NCBI RefSeq assembly: GCF_000017945.1
Contig: NC_009776.1
Location: 450,001-482,000, forward strand
Length of the DNA: 32,000 nucleotides
DNA from: Ignicoccus hospitalis KIN4/I
GTDB taxonomy: Archaea; Thermoproteota; Thermoprotei_A; Sulfolobales; Ignicoccaceae
Reading direction: 5' to 3'
Part shown: positions 18,180 to 27,147 of the stretch, in pieces
How the letters are laid out: every line of letters begins with the position of its first letter
Numbering within the stretch: the first letter of the stretch is position 1
Program-made: the position numbers and the translations under genes
The notes under the pieces: model-generated
What the model was told of the DNA's origin: nothing
What the model saw: the letters and a program-made list of their open reading frames with translations, nothing else
The model's database searches: none

Positions 18180-18256
18180 TGGCGGGCCCGCCGGGATTTG
18201 AACCCGGGACCACCGGGTTAAAAGCCCGGCGCTCTTCCTGGCTGAGCTACGGGCCC
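18180..18256 (-). tRNA. tRNA-Lys (anticodon TTT), CCA encoded, no intron
   Basis: Reverse complement GGGCCCGTAGCTCAGCCAGGAAGAGCGCCGGGCTTTTAACCCGGTGGTCCCGGGTTCAAATCCCGGCGGGCCCGCCA folds as 7-bp acceptor, 4-bp D, 5-bp anticodon (loop CTTTTAA) and 5-bp T arm; 77 nt. Confidence 0.97.
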
Positions 18257-18275
18257 GGGCGTGGGGCCCTAAAAG

Positions 18276-18292
18276 AGGTTTTAGAGTTTTCC
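18276..18292 (-). promoter_or_regulatory. TATA-like promoter for tRNA-Lys
   Basis: Minus strand AAAACTCTAAAACCTC, centred about 26 nt upstream of the tRNA 5' end. Confidence 0.45.
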
Positions 18293-18314
18293 GCGAGGGC
18301 CTCGGGGCGAAGGC

Positions 18315-19103
18315 TTGAGGATTCTCCACGTAAGCGACCTCCACGGCTCCGTGAAAGCGTTCGAGCTGACTAAGGAGCTATACTTCAAGCTCGGGGCGGA
18401 CTTACTAGTGGTTTCCGGTGACTTGACGGGGAAGTGCGTTTCCAACGGCAAGGTAACCAAGTGCGTGTGGGGGAGGTTTAAGGACCCGCAGAGGATGGGC
18501 AGGGAACTGTTCTTGGCCTCCGGAGGTTACTTCGTAGAAGCTTCGGATACGGAGGTGGAGAGGAACGCCCCGGGACTCTTGGCGAGGGCGGCCGCGAGGA
18601 GGGTTAAGGAGTGGCTGGAAGGGCTAAAGGATTCGGGAGTGAAGTACTTCGTCATAGCGGGCAACGTGGACCACCCGTACATGGACGAGGTCTTGGAGGG
18701 TGACGAGGCCACGTTCTTCGGGCTCAAGTTCTGTGGGCTCTCATACGTGCCCTACACGCCCTTCGGGACCTACAGGGAGACGTCGGAGGAGAGGATAAGG
18801 GAGATGTTGCCAAAGGAGAGGTGCGATGTCTTAGTTTCCCACAGCCCCCCGAAGGGCTTCTTGGACTACAGCAACTACCGCGAGGGGGGCCACGTGGGCT
18901 CTGAGGCGGTGAGGGAATGGATCGAAAAGTATCAACCGACCTTAAGCTTACACGGCCACGTCCACGAGTCCCGGGGGACCGCCAGGCTGGGCAAGACGCT
19001 GGCAGTAAACCCCGGCTCTGAAGCGGAGCACGGCGCCTTGCTCTACGCGGTCATAGACTTGGACGGCGAGCCCGTCGCCTCCTTGGGAGAGGTGCGTTAC
19101 TAA
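18315..19103 (+). CDS. Calcineurin-like metallophosphoesterase
   Basis: LHVSDLHGS, VVSGDLTG, VIAGNVDHP, LVSHSPPKG, LHGHVHES. TTG start. Confidence 0.93.
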   Translation: MRILHVSDLHGSVKAFELTKELYFKLGADLLVVSGDLTGKCVSNGKVTKCVWGRFKDPQRMGRELFLASGGYFVEASDTEVERNAPGLLARAAARRVKEWLEGLKDSGVKYFVIAGNVDHPYMDEVLEGDEATFFGLKFCGLSYVPYTPFGTYRETSEERIREMLPKERCDVLVSHSPPKGFLDYSNYREGGHVGSEAVREWIEKYQPTLSLHGHVHESRGTARLGKTLAVNPGSEAEHGALLYAVIDLDGEPVASLGEVRY

Positions 19104-19133
19104 AATCCCTCTCCGGCCCCTCCCGGCCCAGCC

Positions 19134-20135
19134 ATGGCGAACGCCCTACTGCTCGCGCTGAGGTCGCTCTGGCTGGGCGAGGAGCCCCCGTACGAGGAGG
19201 TCTTGGGGAGGGAGGGGGACGAGCGGGAAGTGAGGGAGCTGCTCTCTGGCTTGTGGGTAAAGTGCTACCCTCAAGGCGACAAGAGGCTGTGCGTCTACTC
19301 CTACAAGAGGCCTCCCAAGGATCCGGTGCCGCTCTTGCTGGACGCGCGGGGCACGGTGATAGAGTGGAGCAAGGACGGCCCGGAGCTGGTGGCCTACCCC
19401 TTTCACAAGTTCTTTAACTTGGGCGAGGCGGAGTTCCCGGAGAGGCCGCTCCTAGCGTACGAAAAGCTGGACGGCACCATGGTCTCCTTGTTCCTCTACG
19501 ACGGGGAGGTCAGGGCCGCGACGAGGAAAAAGCTGGACGTGGATTCTCCCTTCGCCAAAAAGGCGTTGGAGCTCTTCGAGGGCGAGCTGGGGGACGAGAC
19601 CAGGGTGTTCGAGCTGCTGGGCCCGGGGTCCGGGAGCCCCTGGGTCGGGGGCACCCAAGAGCTCTTGAGGGCCGGCGAGTGGTCCTTGGTCCCCTTGGCG
19701 TATAGGGACATGAAGACCTTGAAGTTGTATCCGTTGGAAGGTCCCACTAGGGTCGAGGTGGAAGACTTGGAAGACGCGAAGAGGAAGGCAGAAGGCTTCG
19801 GGGAGGGCTTGGTGTTGTGGTTCGAAGTGGGAAGCCAGAGGCCCTTGATGGCGAAGGTGAAGTCAGTTAAGTACAAGCGCTTGGTAGACCTCTTGAAGCT
19901 CGGGTGGGAAGGGCTGGCCAAGATAATACTGATGAACGCGTTGGACGACGCGGCCAGGATGTTGGACAATGAGGTATACTCCAAGGCAAAGGCTGTGGAG
20001 GGTATGCTGGACGAGATAGAGAGGGCCGTCTTGAGGGGGGAGTTCCCCCACGAGAGGGTTAGGGAGTGGCTCCCCATAGACCCCTCGAGGGCCCTAGAGG
20101 AGGCAGTGAGAGTTTGTCTGGAAGAAGGTTGTTGA
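19134..20135 (+). CDS. T4 Rnl1-like ATP-dependent RNA ligase
   Basis: FHKFFNLGE upstream of nucleotidyl-lysine motif AYEKLDGTMVSLF (KxDG), RVFELLGP, EGLVLWF (motif IV-like) and MAKVKSVKYKRL (motif V-like). Confidence 0.87.
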   Translation: MANALLLALRSLWLGEEPPYEEVLGREGDEREVRELLSGLWVKCYPQGDKRLCVYSYKRPPKDPVPLLLDARGTVIEWSKDGPELVAYPFHKFFNLGEAEFPERPLLAYEKLDGTMVSLFLYDGEVRAATRKKLDVDSPFAKKALELFEGELGDETRVFELLGPGSGSPWVGGTQELLRAGEWSLVPLAYRDMKTLKLYPLEGPTRVEVEDLEDAKRKAEGFGEGLVLWFEVGSQRPLMAKVKSVKYKRLVDLLKLGWEGLAKIILMNALDDAARMLDNEVYSKAKAVEGMLDEIERAVLRGEFPHERVREWLPIDPSRALEEAVRVCLEEGC

Positions 20136-20512
20136 AGACCTTGTTCGTCGTAACTTGTAAGCCCGGGAAGGAGTTGCGCGCTGCGGAGGAGGTTATGGAC
20201 TTGTTGCTTTATTGCGACGAGGGGGCCTTGGCGGTTCCGACCGCTAAGGGGCTGGCATTGGGTACCACCTCCTTAGGACCCGAGGAGGCCGCTAAGTGCT
20301 TGGAAGGCAAGGTATCTGCATATATAAACTGGATATACTTTGGCGACGAGTTGTGCGAGAAGTGTAAGGCGTTGAAGAAACAATGCCTAGAGGAAGTGGA
20401 GGAGGGCTTTGAAGCCTTTTGCACGGGGAGGGCGATCGTGAAGATCAAAAAGGCTTTGAGGGCGAAAAGGGGAGTGTTGGTTAGTGTTCCTCTTCGCCGT
20501 AATGAGCGATAA
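20132..20512 (+). CDS. Small protein, 126 aa, possibly THUMP-like. The track ORF start (20066) is over-extended.
   Basis: TTG at 20132 overlaps the ligase stop (TTGA): MKTLFVVTCKPGKELRAAEEVMDLLLY... . The opening resembles the VTxxxGxExxAxxE start of THUMP domains. Contains CEKCKALKKQC. Confidence 0.5.
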   Translation: MKTLFVVTCKPGKELRAAEEVMDLLLYCDEGALAVPTAKGLALGTTSLGPEEAAKCLEGKVSAYINWIYFGDELCEKCKALKKQCLEEVEEGFEAFCTGRAIVKIKKALRAKRGVLVSVPLRRNER

Positions 20513-21911
20513 CAGCTCTTATGACCGGTCTCGCCAACAGCATGTAAACCATCATGCCCGCCGCGTGGGCCGCAACGGTCAAGGCCCACTCCATGGGGGT
20601 CGGGTAGTAGATCGCCAGCTTGCCCAGCACGTCCGGGGTGTAGCCCGGTATGACTATCGGCAGAGTCTTCTCACCTACCACCGCCAGTATTATCAAGGCG
20701 CTCAAGAAGACTACGCCCTTGCGCGTCTTCCTCAGCCTCGGCACGAATATGGTTAGTATTACGGCCAGCGAGCCGACGACTATCCAGAAGAAGTTCATTA
20801 GGGCCAAGTACTCCATGCCGGGGTAGCCCCAGCTGCAGCCGTTGAAGTTGGTGCCGCTGAAGAACACCGCGAAGTCCTTGAGTATCGGCTTCATTAGCGC
20901 GCAGAACGGCATGACGGCGAAGTTGAATATTCCTATCGCTTGGGCCCTCTTGTGGGGCTCAGTAGTGTACCAGAACAGCTCTTGGGCCTCCGACAAGGTG
21001 AAGTAGAGGCCGACGATCATGGCGGCGGTGGCCGCTATCAAAGTCTTTTCGTATACGTAGTTGGGAACCTTGAACTTCTTGTAGAACTTCTCGGCTATCA
21101 CAGATACTATTAATAACATTGCCGGACCGGCCGCTAAGGCAGTCGCCACGTAGCGCGGGGCCAGCAGAGGGGCGTTCCATATAGGCCTCGCCGTCAGGGG
21201 CTGGCTTATGAATCCCGTTACCGTGTGTATACCTATGGCCAGCGGCGCCGCGATAAGCATGAATAGGTACATGAGCCACTTAGGCGGGGCGTACTTGGGC
21301 CCCCTGCGGTACCAGTGAACCGCTATCAGTATCCCTATCAAGTTGACCACGAGGTACCCATTGAGCACCGTGAAGTCGTAGTCGAATATCGACTGCGGGT
21401 TGGGGAACTGGAGCTGGGCTACTATTGGTAGCGCCAGCAGCTGTATGGTCCTTATGGGCCGGCCGACGTCAACCAGCACGAGTAGTAGCGCCACTATAAG
21501 CGCCGCGACCGCTTGGACCTCCGCTAAGGGGGCAAGCCTCATGAACCCTTTGTCCCTGAAGACGTACGCTGCAACTCCGAACAGCACTCCCGCAGCTGCT
21601 ACTCCGACCCAGAAGACGAAGAACGAGATGTAGAGGCCCCACGCGACCCAGTCGTCCAACGCGGTGTAGACCATGCCTCCCCTATGCTCGCTAATGCCGA
21701 GCTGTTCCAACAGCTTGGGGTCCATGCCTAGGTGGTAGACCAGCTGGGTGTATATCGCTGGGCCCGCTTGTACGCCGGCCCAGAGACCCAAGCCGAAGGC
21801 GGTCAGACCGGCCATGGCGAATATCCACGTCCAGCCCCTCCAGTCGCCCTTGAACATGTGCTTTATTATGTACCATATGGTCACAAGAAACTCTACCACT
21901 GGGTTGCTCAC
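20481..21911 (-). CDS. NrfD/PsrC/HybB-like polytopic membrane subunit of a redox complex
   Basis: About 10 predicted transmembrane segments; WGLYISFFVFWVGVAAAGVLFG, VLVDVGRPIR, IHTVTGFISQ. Confidence 0.85.
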   Translation of the reverse strand: MSNPVVEFLVTIWYIIKHMFKGDWRGWTWIFAMAGLTAFGLGLWAGVQAGPAIYTQLVYHLGMDPKLLEQLGISEHRGGMVYTALDDWVAWGLYISFFVFWVGVAAAGVLFGVAAYVFRDKGFMRLAPLAEVQAVAALIVALLLVLVDVGRPIRTIQLLALPIVAQLQFPNPQSIFDYDFTVLNGYLVVNLIGILIAVHWYRRGPKYAPPKWLMYLFMLIAAPLAIGIHTVTGFISQPLTARPIWNAPLLAPRYVATALAAGPAMLLIVSVIAEKFYKKFKVPNYVYEKTLIAATAAMIVGLYFTLSEAQELFWYTTEPHKRAQAIGIFNFAVMPFCALMKPILKDFAVFFSGTNFNGCSWGYPGMEYLALMNFFWIVVGSLAVILTIFVPRLRKTRKGVVFLSALIILAVVGEKTLPIVIPGYTPDVLGKLAIYYPTPMEWALTVAAHAAGMMVYMLLARPVIRAVIAHYGEEEH

Positions 21912-21936
21912 TGCCCCTCACCTCCTCCGTCGCTCC

Positions 21937-23061
21937 TCAGTCGTGACCCCTCTCCTCTGCTTTTTCTCTACTTCCGTGGTGAGTCCCTTCGCCGTGCTTC
22001 GGGGTGCCCAGCCAGTTGCCGGACTTGGGGTTCTCGGAGTCCAGCGGAGGGGTCCTAGCGGGGCCGAAGTAGTAGAAGAACCTCGGCTTAGTGCCGGCGT
22101 AGGGCTTGAGGACGAACACCCCGTACTCCTTTATTATTCTCTGTATGGGCCCTTCCTCGTCGTGGAGGTTGCCGAAGGCCCTCGAGCCCACCGGACATAT
22201 CTCCACACAAGCCGTGGTCCCCCCGTCCCTGGTCCTCTGTATACACCAAGTACACTTCTCTACGGTATGCACCTCCCTGGGGACGTTCCCGAACACGTGC
22301 ATGTTGGGGTTGAGCGTCAGCGCGTCCACGGTGACTGGCTTCCAGTTCATGTGCCTAGCTCCGTAAGGACAAGCGGTTATGCAGTACCTACAGCCTATGC
22401 ACCGGTAGCTGTCCACGACGACTATCCCGTCGGCCTCTTGCCAAGTGGCCCTAACCGGACAAACCATAGTGCACGGCGGGTACTCGCACTGGTTGCACGC
22501 GACCGGTATGTAGACCCTATCCTTGTAAGGGGCCTCCTTGTAGTCTAGGTCTACTCCGAGCAGCTCGAGCTCCTCCCTGTTCACGTTGACTACCTTTATC
22601 CACTCTATGCCTTGGGTGCGGTCCACGTTGTTCTCTTGTACACAAGCGTAGGCGCACCTCCTACAGCCTATACACTTGTTCAAGTCCAGTGCCATGGCCC
22701 AGCGGACTCCCTTCTTAGCCAAGGTCCACTTTACCTTGATCTCCTCGCAGTGCTTCCTCGCCAGCCTACACTCCGGGCTGTTCTCGCCCAGCCTCTGGCA
22801 TATGGAGTTGGCGCTCTCCATGCACTTCTTCTTAGCCATCTCCTCCTTCTTCTTCGCTAGCTCTTTGATCTCTTCTGGGGTCTTATAGGGGCTGTACTCG
22901 CTTATTACGTACTCCCCCTCCTCGTACACGTAGCCCAGCAGCTCTTCGTCGCTGAGCTTGTGTAGGACCTTACCTACTTCGTCTCTGCTGACGGTCATCA
23001 AGCCTACCGCGCCGGCCGCGGCTATCCCCTTGAGCAAATTCCTACGGGTCTGGTTAGCCAT
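21937..23061 (-). CDS. Tat-type four-cluster [4Fe-4S] ferredoxin-like electron-transfer subunit (HybA/DsrO/PsrB-like)
   Basis: TRRNLLKG twin-arginine motif; CIGCRRCAYAC, CNQCEYPPCTMVCPV, CIGCRYCITACPYG, CTWCIQ...CVEICPV. Confidence 0.93.
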   Translation of the reverse strand: MANQTRRNLLKGIAAAGAVGLMTVSRDEVGKVLHKLSDEELLGYVYEEGEYVISEYSPYKTPEEIKELAKKKEEMAKKKCMESANSICQRLGENSPECRLARKHCEEIKVKWTLAKKGVRWAMALDLNKCIGCRRCAYACVQENNVDRTQGIEWIKVVNVNREELELLGVDLDYKEAPYKDRVYIPVACNQCEYPPCTMVCPVRATWQEADGIVVVDSYRCIGCRYCITACPYGARHMNWKPVTVDALTLNPNMHVFGNVPREVHTVEKCTWCIQRTRDGGTTACVEICPVGSRAFGNLHDEEGPIQRIIKEYGVFVLKPYAGTKPRFFYYFGPARTPPLDSENPKSGNWLGTPKHGEGTHHGSREKAEERGHD

Positions 23062-23084
23062 GGTCCCACCACCCCCACTTCGCG

Positions 23085-23705
23085 TTACTTCTTAACATAT
23101 GCTATAATGGAAAGAAACGCGGCTACGCCCATCAAGAAGAAGAGCGAATTGAGGACCGCGTCTTGTGGGTAGGGCTCAGGCCTGTCGCTTGGAGGGGGCA
23201 TTATGTTGGAGGGAGGCTTAATGGGGTCGTGGGGGTCGTGGCAGAACACACAAGACTTCCCCGGCACGGTCTTCAAGTTGGTGTACTTAGGGCACTCGTG
23301 GTACCAGTACGGGGAGCCCTTGTAACCGTAGACGAAGTGGGAGGAGCCTCCCTCACATACGAAGGTGCTGTTGGCGTGGGCCCCGACCAAGTAGTCCGCG
23401 TAGACCCTCGGGTGGCACTGTGCACACAAGGTGTCGTACTGGTGCATCTGCTCCGGGGAGGCGAGCTCCTTGGGTACTACAGTAGCCCCGTTGACGAGCT
23501 TAATGGGGTCTTGGGGGTCGTGGCAGTTGGAACAGTAGAGGCCAGAGTGGGCGCCGTGCAACAAGTTGATCTTGTGGAACTCCACCGCCTTAACGTTGCC
23601 GTCCAGCTTCAGCCAAGGCGTGTGGCAGTAGGTACACGGGTAGGCCGGAGTGTAAGCTAAGGCTACGGCGGCGAGTAACGGTAGGAAAGCGGCGAGCCTC
23701 TTCAT
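23085..23705 (-). CDS. Membrane-anchored tetraheme c-type cytochrome
   Basis: Four CxxCH motifs (CTYCH, CSNCH, CAQCH, CVFCH), N-terminal signal (MKRLAAFLPLLAAVALA) and C-terminal hydrophobic helix. ATG at 23705 preferred over track start 23735. Confidence 0.92.
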   Translation of the reverse strand: MKRLAAFLPLLAAVALAYTPAYPCTYCHTPWLKLDGNVKAVEFHKINLLHGAHSGLYCSNCHDPQDPIKLVNGATVVPKELASPEQMHQYDTLCAQCHPRVYADYLVGAHANSTFVCEGGSSHFVYGYKGSPYWYHECPKYTNLKTVPGKSCVFCHDPHDPIKPPSNIMPPPSDRPEPYPQDAVLNSLFFLMGVAAFLSIIAYVKK

Positions 23706-23817
23706 GACCTCACTACCCAACCTTTGGGGCGCCATTCTCCCTTTTTATTGAAACTTGGCCGGACCGGCCGCAAAGCGGTTTTCCCCTCGTCCCCTCCTCA
23801 AAAGGGGACCACATGCT

Positions 23818-24960
23818 TTGGGCGGAAACACAATAGGTAAGATGTTCAGCGTAACTACTTGGGGGGAGAGCCACGGCAAGGCGATAGGCGCGGTGATAGA
23901 CGGCTGCCCGGCCGGCTTGCCCCTCAGCGAGGAGGACCTCTTGGTCGAGCTCTCGCTCCGCAGGCCGGGGAGGAGGTTCACCACCCCGAGGAGGGAGCCG
24001 GACGTCCCAGAGATACTGAGCGGGGTGTTCAACGGAAAGACCACCGGCATGCCTATTTCAATAATAATAAGAAATAGGGACGTTATCTCGAGCTACTACG
24101 AGAAGATCAAGGAAACTCCCAGGCCAGGTCACGCGGACTTAGCGTACATAAAGAAGTACGGCTACGAGCACTGGGACTACAGGGGAGGCGGGAGGGCCTC
24201 TGGGAGGGAGACCGCTGCTAGAGTGGCGGCGGGGGCGGTGGCCAAGAAGCTGCTCGGCTGCTTAGGAGTGGTGGTCTCCGGCTACGTGGTGGAGCTGGGC
24301 GGGGTAGAGTTCCCGTCAGCCGAGGACGCGGAGGAGTCCTTGAGGTCCCGCCTCTCGCCCTTCCGGGTCTTGTGTTGTGAGGAGAAGGCCGAGGAGGTCT
24401 TGAAAGAGGCGCTCGAGAGGAGGGACAGCGTGGGCGGGGTGGTGGAAGCGGTCGCGTGGAACGCGCCGGCGGGCTTGGGCGAGCCGGTGTTCGACAAGCT
24501 CAAGGCGGACCTCGCGAAGGCCATGATGAGCATACCCGCCAGCGTGGGCTTCGAGGTAGGTTGGGGCTTCAAGCTGGCCCGGCTCAGGGGGAGCGAGGCG
24601 AGGGACAAGATAGTGAGCTCGGCCGGCGAGGCGACTGTGGAGGGGGACAAGGCCGGCGGAATGCTGGGCGGAATAAGCGTCGGGGCGCCGATAAGGATTA
24701 GGGTCGCGTTCAAGCCCACGAGCTCCATAATGATCCCGGAAAAGACGGTGAACATACACACGCTGGAGGAGACTGAGGTGGAGGTGCCCGGGAGGCACGA
24801 CCCGGCCATAGTTCTGAGGGCCGTTTCGGTGGTCGAGTCGATGTTCGCCATAGTCTTGGTGGATCACGCGATCAGGGCCGGCCTCTTGAACCCGGTGAGG
24901 GTCGAGTGGGGCCCCCACTGCCAGAGGGTCTGGGAGCTCTACGCGGATAGGGTGCCCTAG
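23818..24960 (+). CDS. aroC: Chorismate synthase. The track start at 23755 is probably over-extended.
   Basis: NTIGKMFSVTTWGESHGKAIGAVIDGCPAG, RRPG, HWDYRGGGRASGRETAARVAAG, GRHDPAIVLRAVSVVESM. Confidence 0.97.
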   Translation: MGGNTIGKMFSVTTWGESHGKAIGAVIDGCPAGLPLSEEDLLVELSLRRPGRRFTTPRREPDVPEILSGVFNGKTTGMPISIIIRNRDVISSYYEKIKETPRPGHADLAYIKKYGYEHWDYRGGGRASGRETAARVAAGAVAKKLLGCLGVVVSGYVVELGGVEFPSAEDAEESLRSRLSPFRVLCCEEKAEEVLKEALERRDSVGGVVEAVAWNAPAGLGEPVFDKLKADLAKAMMSIPASVGFEVGWGFKLARLRGSEARDKIVSSAGEATVEGDKAGGMLGGISVGAPIRIRVAFKPTSSIMIPEKTVNIHTLEETEVEVPGRHDPAIVLRAVSVVESMFAIVLVDHAIRAGLLNPVRVEWGPHCQRVWELYADRVP

Positions 24961-26018
24961 CGCTGCCAACACACGCCCTTTACCCTCATAACGAATGGCT
25001 TGTTCAGCTCACCCGATATTTCCACCTCGAGCTCCGGGAGGAACTTCTTAACCACGTGCACGTGGGTCCAAGCGTGCATGGTAAGGGCCGCGCCTCCCAC
25101 CTCGGTCCTTCCGCAAGCTAAGGAGACGTAAGGAACTATCATGTCGCTCATGTGCCTGTCCAAAGCCTTGCCCGTGCTCAAGTCCTCCAAGAGCTTCCGC
25201 GCCGCCTCCTCGCCCACCCTCTCGGCCCTCTTCCCCCTAGCTCCCAACGAGTCCGCGCCCAACAAGCTCCTCTCCGTTATGGCCCAAAGCACTATCCCGC
25301 TCCCGGGCCCCAAGTGGGGGTCCCTCTCCGGAGGGTACCACTCCAAGTCGATGTCTACGTTCTTTAGGCCGCTCTTCTTGAGGACCTCTTCGGCGGCCTT
25401 CGCTTGCCTCTCCGCGACGTGCTTAGGGAGCTTGACGCAGTGAGAGAGCCCGCGGACCTTCAGCACCTCGCCCCGCTCCACCTCCCCCCACTGGGTCAGT
25501 GAGTCCACAGGGCGGGAGGCGAACTCGACCTCTCCCCCTCCCTTGGGGTAGTGGCCTCGCCGCTTGAGGACCAACTCCGTCTTGGCGCCGAACCTCTCCA
25601 GGAGGGGATAGAAGACGAACCTCAAGTAGTCCACCGGAGGGCTCATCGGCACGTCCGTACCCCCTCTCAGCTGAACCCTGACCTCTCCGGGGGCGAAGAG
25701 AGCCGCGGGAGTTACTGCTTGCAAGACCAAGCTGACGCTGCCCGCGGTGCCTATGTCGAACCTAAACGTCCCGGCCTTCAAAGTCTTCGGTATGAACACT
25801 ATTTCGGTGGAGCCCAGCTCCAAGCCGCGGACCTCCGCGTCGGTCATCTCGGCCAAGGCCTTGACGGCCACCATGTGTTGCCTCCTCAAGCCCGGGTTCT
25901 TCCTCTTAGCCCTGATGTTGAATATTCTAACCGGTTTCAAAGTCACGGCAGAGAGTGCCACGGAGGTCCTAAGTATTTGGCCACCTCCCTCGCCGAAGGA
26001 GCCGTCTATCTCGATCAT
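24957..26018 (-). CDS. rtcA: RNA 3'-terminal phosphate cyclase
   Basis: IDGSFGEGGGQILRTSVALS, RAKRKNPGLRRQH, RRGHYPKGGGEV, GSGIVLWA, active-site region ALTMHAWTHVHV. Confidence 0.96.
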   Translation of the reverse strand: MIEIDGSFGEGGGQILRTSVALSAVTLKPVRIFNIRAKRKNPGLRRQHMVAVKALAEMTDAEVRGLELGSTEIVFIPKTLKAGTFRFDIGTAGSVSLVLQAVTPAALFAPGEVRVQLRGGTDVPMSPPVDYLRFVFYPLLERFGAKTELVLKRRGHYPKGGGEVEFASRPVDSLTQWGEVERGEVLKVRGLSHCVKLPKHVAERQAKAAEEVLKKSGLKNVDIDLEWYPPERDPHLGPGSGIVLWAITERSLLGADSLGARGKRAERVGEEAARKLLEDLSTGKALDRHMSDMIVPYVSLACGRTEVGGAALTMHAWTHVHVVKKFLPELEVEISGELNKPFVMRVKGVCWQR

Positions 26019-26047
26019 GTCGTCGCTCCTAAAAAGTCGTGTGAGGG

Positions 26048-26911
26048 TTAGGCTTTATCGCCGAGCCCCCTCTTTTGGGGGACCGCCGGGACGGGCAAGT
26101 ATTCCACGCCCGGCCTCTGGGGCTGGGCTTGCGGGTAGAGCTCCATGAGGGCCCAGACCTCCTCGGGCACCTCCTTCTTCACCGGTAACCCTAGCTTCAC
26201 CAAGTCCTCGTAGAACAAGGGGTGGTCGTGGGTGTACTTGCCGGTTACCAGCTCCTCCGCTATCTCCCTCGCCTTCTCCTCGCCGACCTTGTCCTTGAGT
26301 ATGTATGTTACGAACTCTAACATCTCGTTCAGCGCTTTCTTGGCAACGTCCGCGTGAACCAAGAAGTATTCATTAGCTTCCTTGCCCTTCTCCTCAGCTA
26401 CCTTGACCACGCTCGGCGAGGGCACGTGCATCGGGCCGGCCGGGGTGGCCACCGGCACTTGGGGGTCCAGCGGTCCTAAGGCGGCCGCGGGGCCCATCCA
26501 TATCTCGTCGGCCGCTAAGGCTATCAGCGTACCACCGCTCATGGCGTAGTGTGGCACCACTGCGACCTTCTTGGCGGGGTGGTCGTGGAGCGCCTTAGCT
26601 ATCTGGGATGCTGCCAGCACCATTCCGCCTGGCGTGTGGAGTATCATCATTATGGGTACGTCCTTGGGAGTGTTGTGGATAGCCCTGATGACCGCTTCGC
26701 TGTCCTCAACGTCTATGAAGCGGTAGAACGGTATGCCGAAGAAGCCCACCCTCTCTTGGCGGTGTATCAACGTGATGATACGGTAGCCGTACTTCTCTTC
26801 TATCCTCCTCAGAACGTTCATTCTAGCGTTCTTTATACGCTGGTATTCCAGAACTGGCTCTGTTATCATCGTCAACAAGAGTAGCCAAAACAACAGACCT
26901 ATAATGTCCAT
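26048..26911 (-). CDS. Membrane-anchored ClpP/SDH-class serine protease (DUF114-like)
   Basis: N-terminal TM helix; MMILHTPGGMVLAASQIA, VPHYAMSGGTLIALAADEIWMGPAAALGPLDPQ. Confidence 0.88.
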   Translation of the reverse strand: MDIIGLLFWLLLLTMITEPVLEYQRIKNARMNVLRRIEEKYGYRIITLIHRQERVGFFGIPFYRFIDVEDSEAVIRAIHNTPKDVPIMMILHTPGGMVLAASQIAKALHDHPAKKVAVVPHYAMSGGTLIALAADEIWMGPAAALGPLDPQVPVATPAGPMHVPSPSVVKVAEEKGKEANEYFLVHADVAKKALNEMLEFVTYILKDKVGEEKAREIAEELVTGKYTHDHPLFYEDLVKLGLPVKKEVPEEVWALMELYPQAQPQRPGVEYLPVPAVPQKRGLGDKA

Positions 26912-26976
26912 GGTTTGAAGCCCTAAGAGAAAAACTCCTCGGAGGCTTTTGAAGCTGGGCGCGGGCTTTGGGGTGC

Positions 26977-27147
26977 GTGAAATTTAGGCACTTGGTCTTC
27001 GCGCTTTCAGTGTACTTGTTCTTGTCGACTCTCTTCAACTATACCTTGTTGGGGGCCTACTACGCCCTCACGAACTTCATCTTGGGGGCCTTCTTCTTGG
27101 TGACCTTCTCCATTTCTCTGTTCATTGTGGAGGAGTTGGGGTGGTGA
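26977..27147 (+). CDS. Small predicted two-TM membrane protein, 56 aa, absent from the supplied ORF track
   Basis: Read by hand from GTG 26977: MKFRHLVFALSVYLFLSTLFNYTLLGAYYALTNFILGAFFLVTFSISLFIVEELGW*. The stop overlaps the next start (GTGA). Confidence 0.65.
   Translation: MKFRHLVFALSVYLFLSTLFNYTLLGAYYALTNFILGAFFLVTFSISLFIVEELGW

Noticed and set aside
17928-18344. 138-aa and 172-aa minus-strand ORFs across the tRNA-Lys
   Set aside because: They run through a tRNA with perfect cloverleaf pairing and are antisense to the upstream CDS. The characteristic VQIPAGPP/MVPGSNPGGP segments are tRNA-derived translations.
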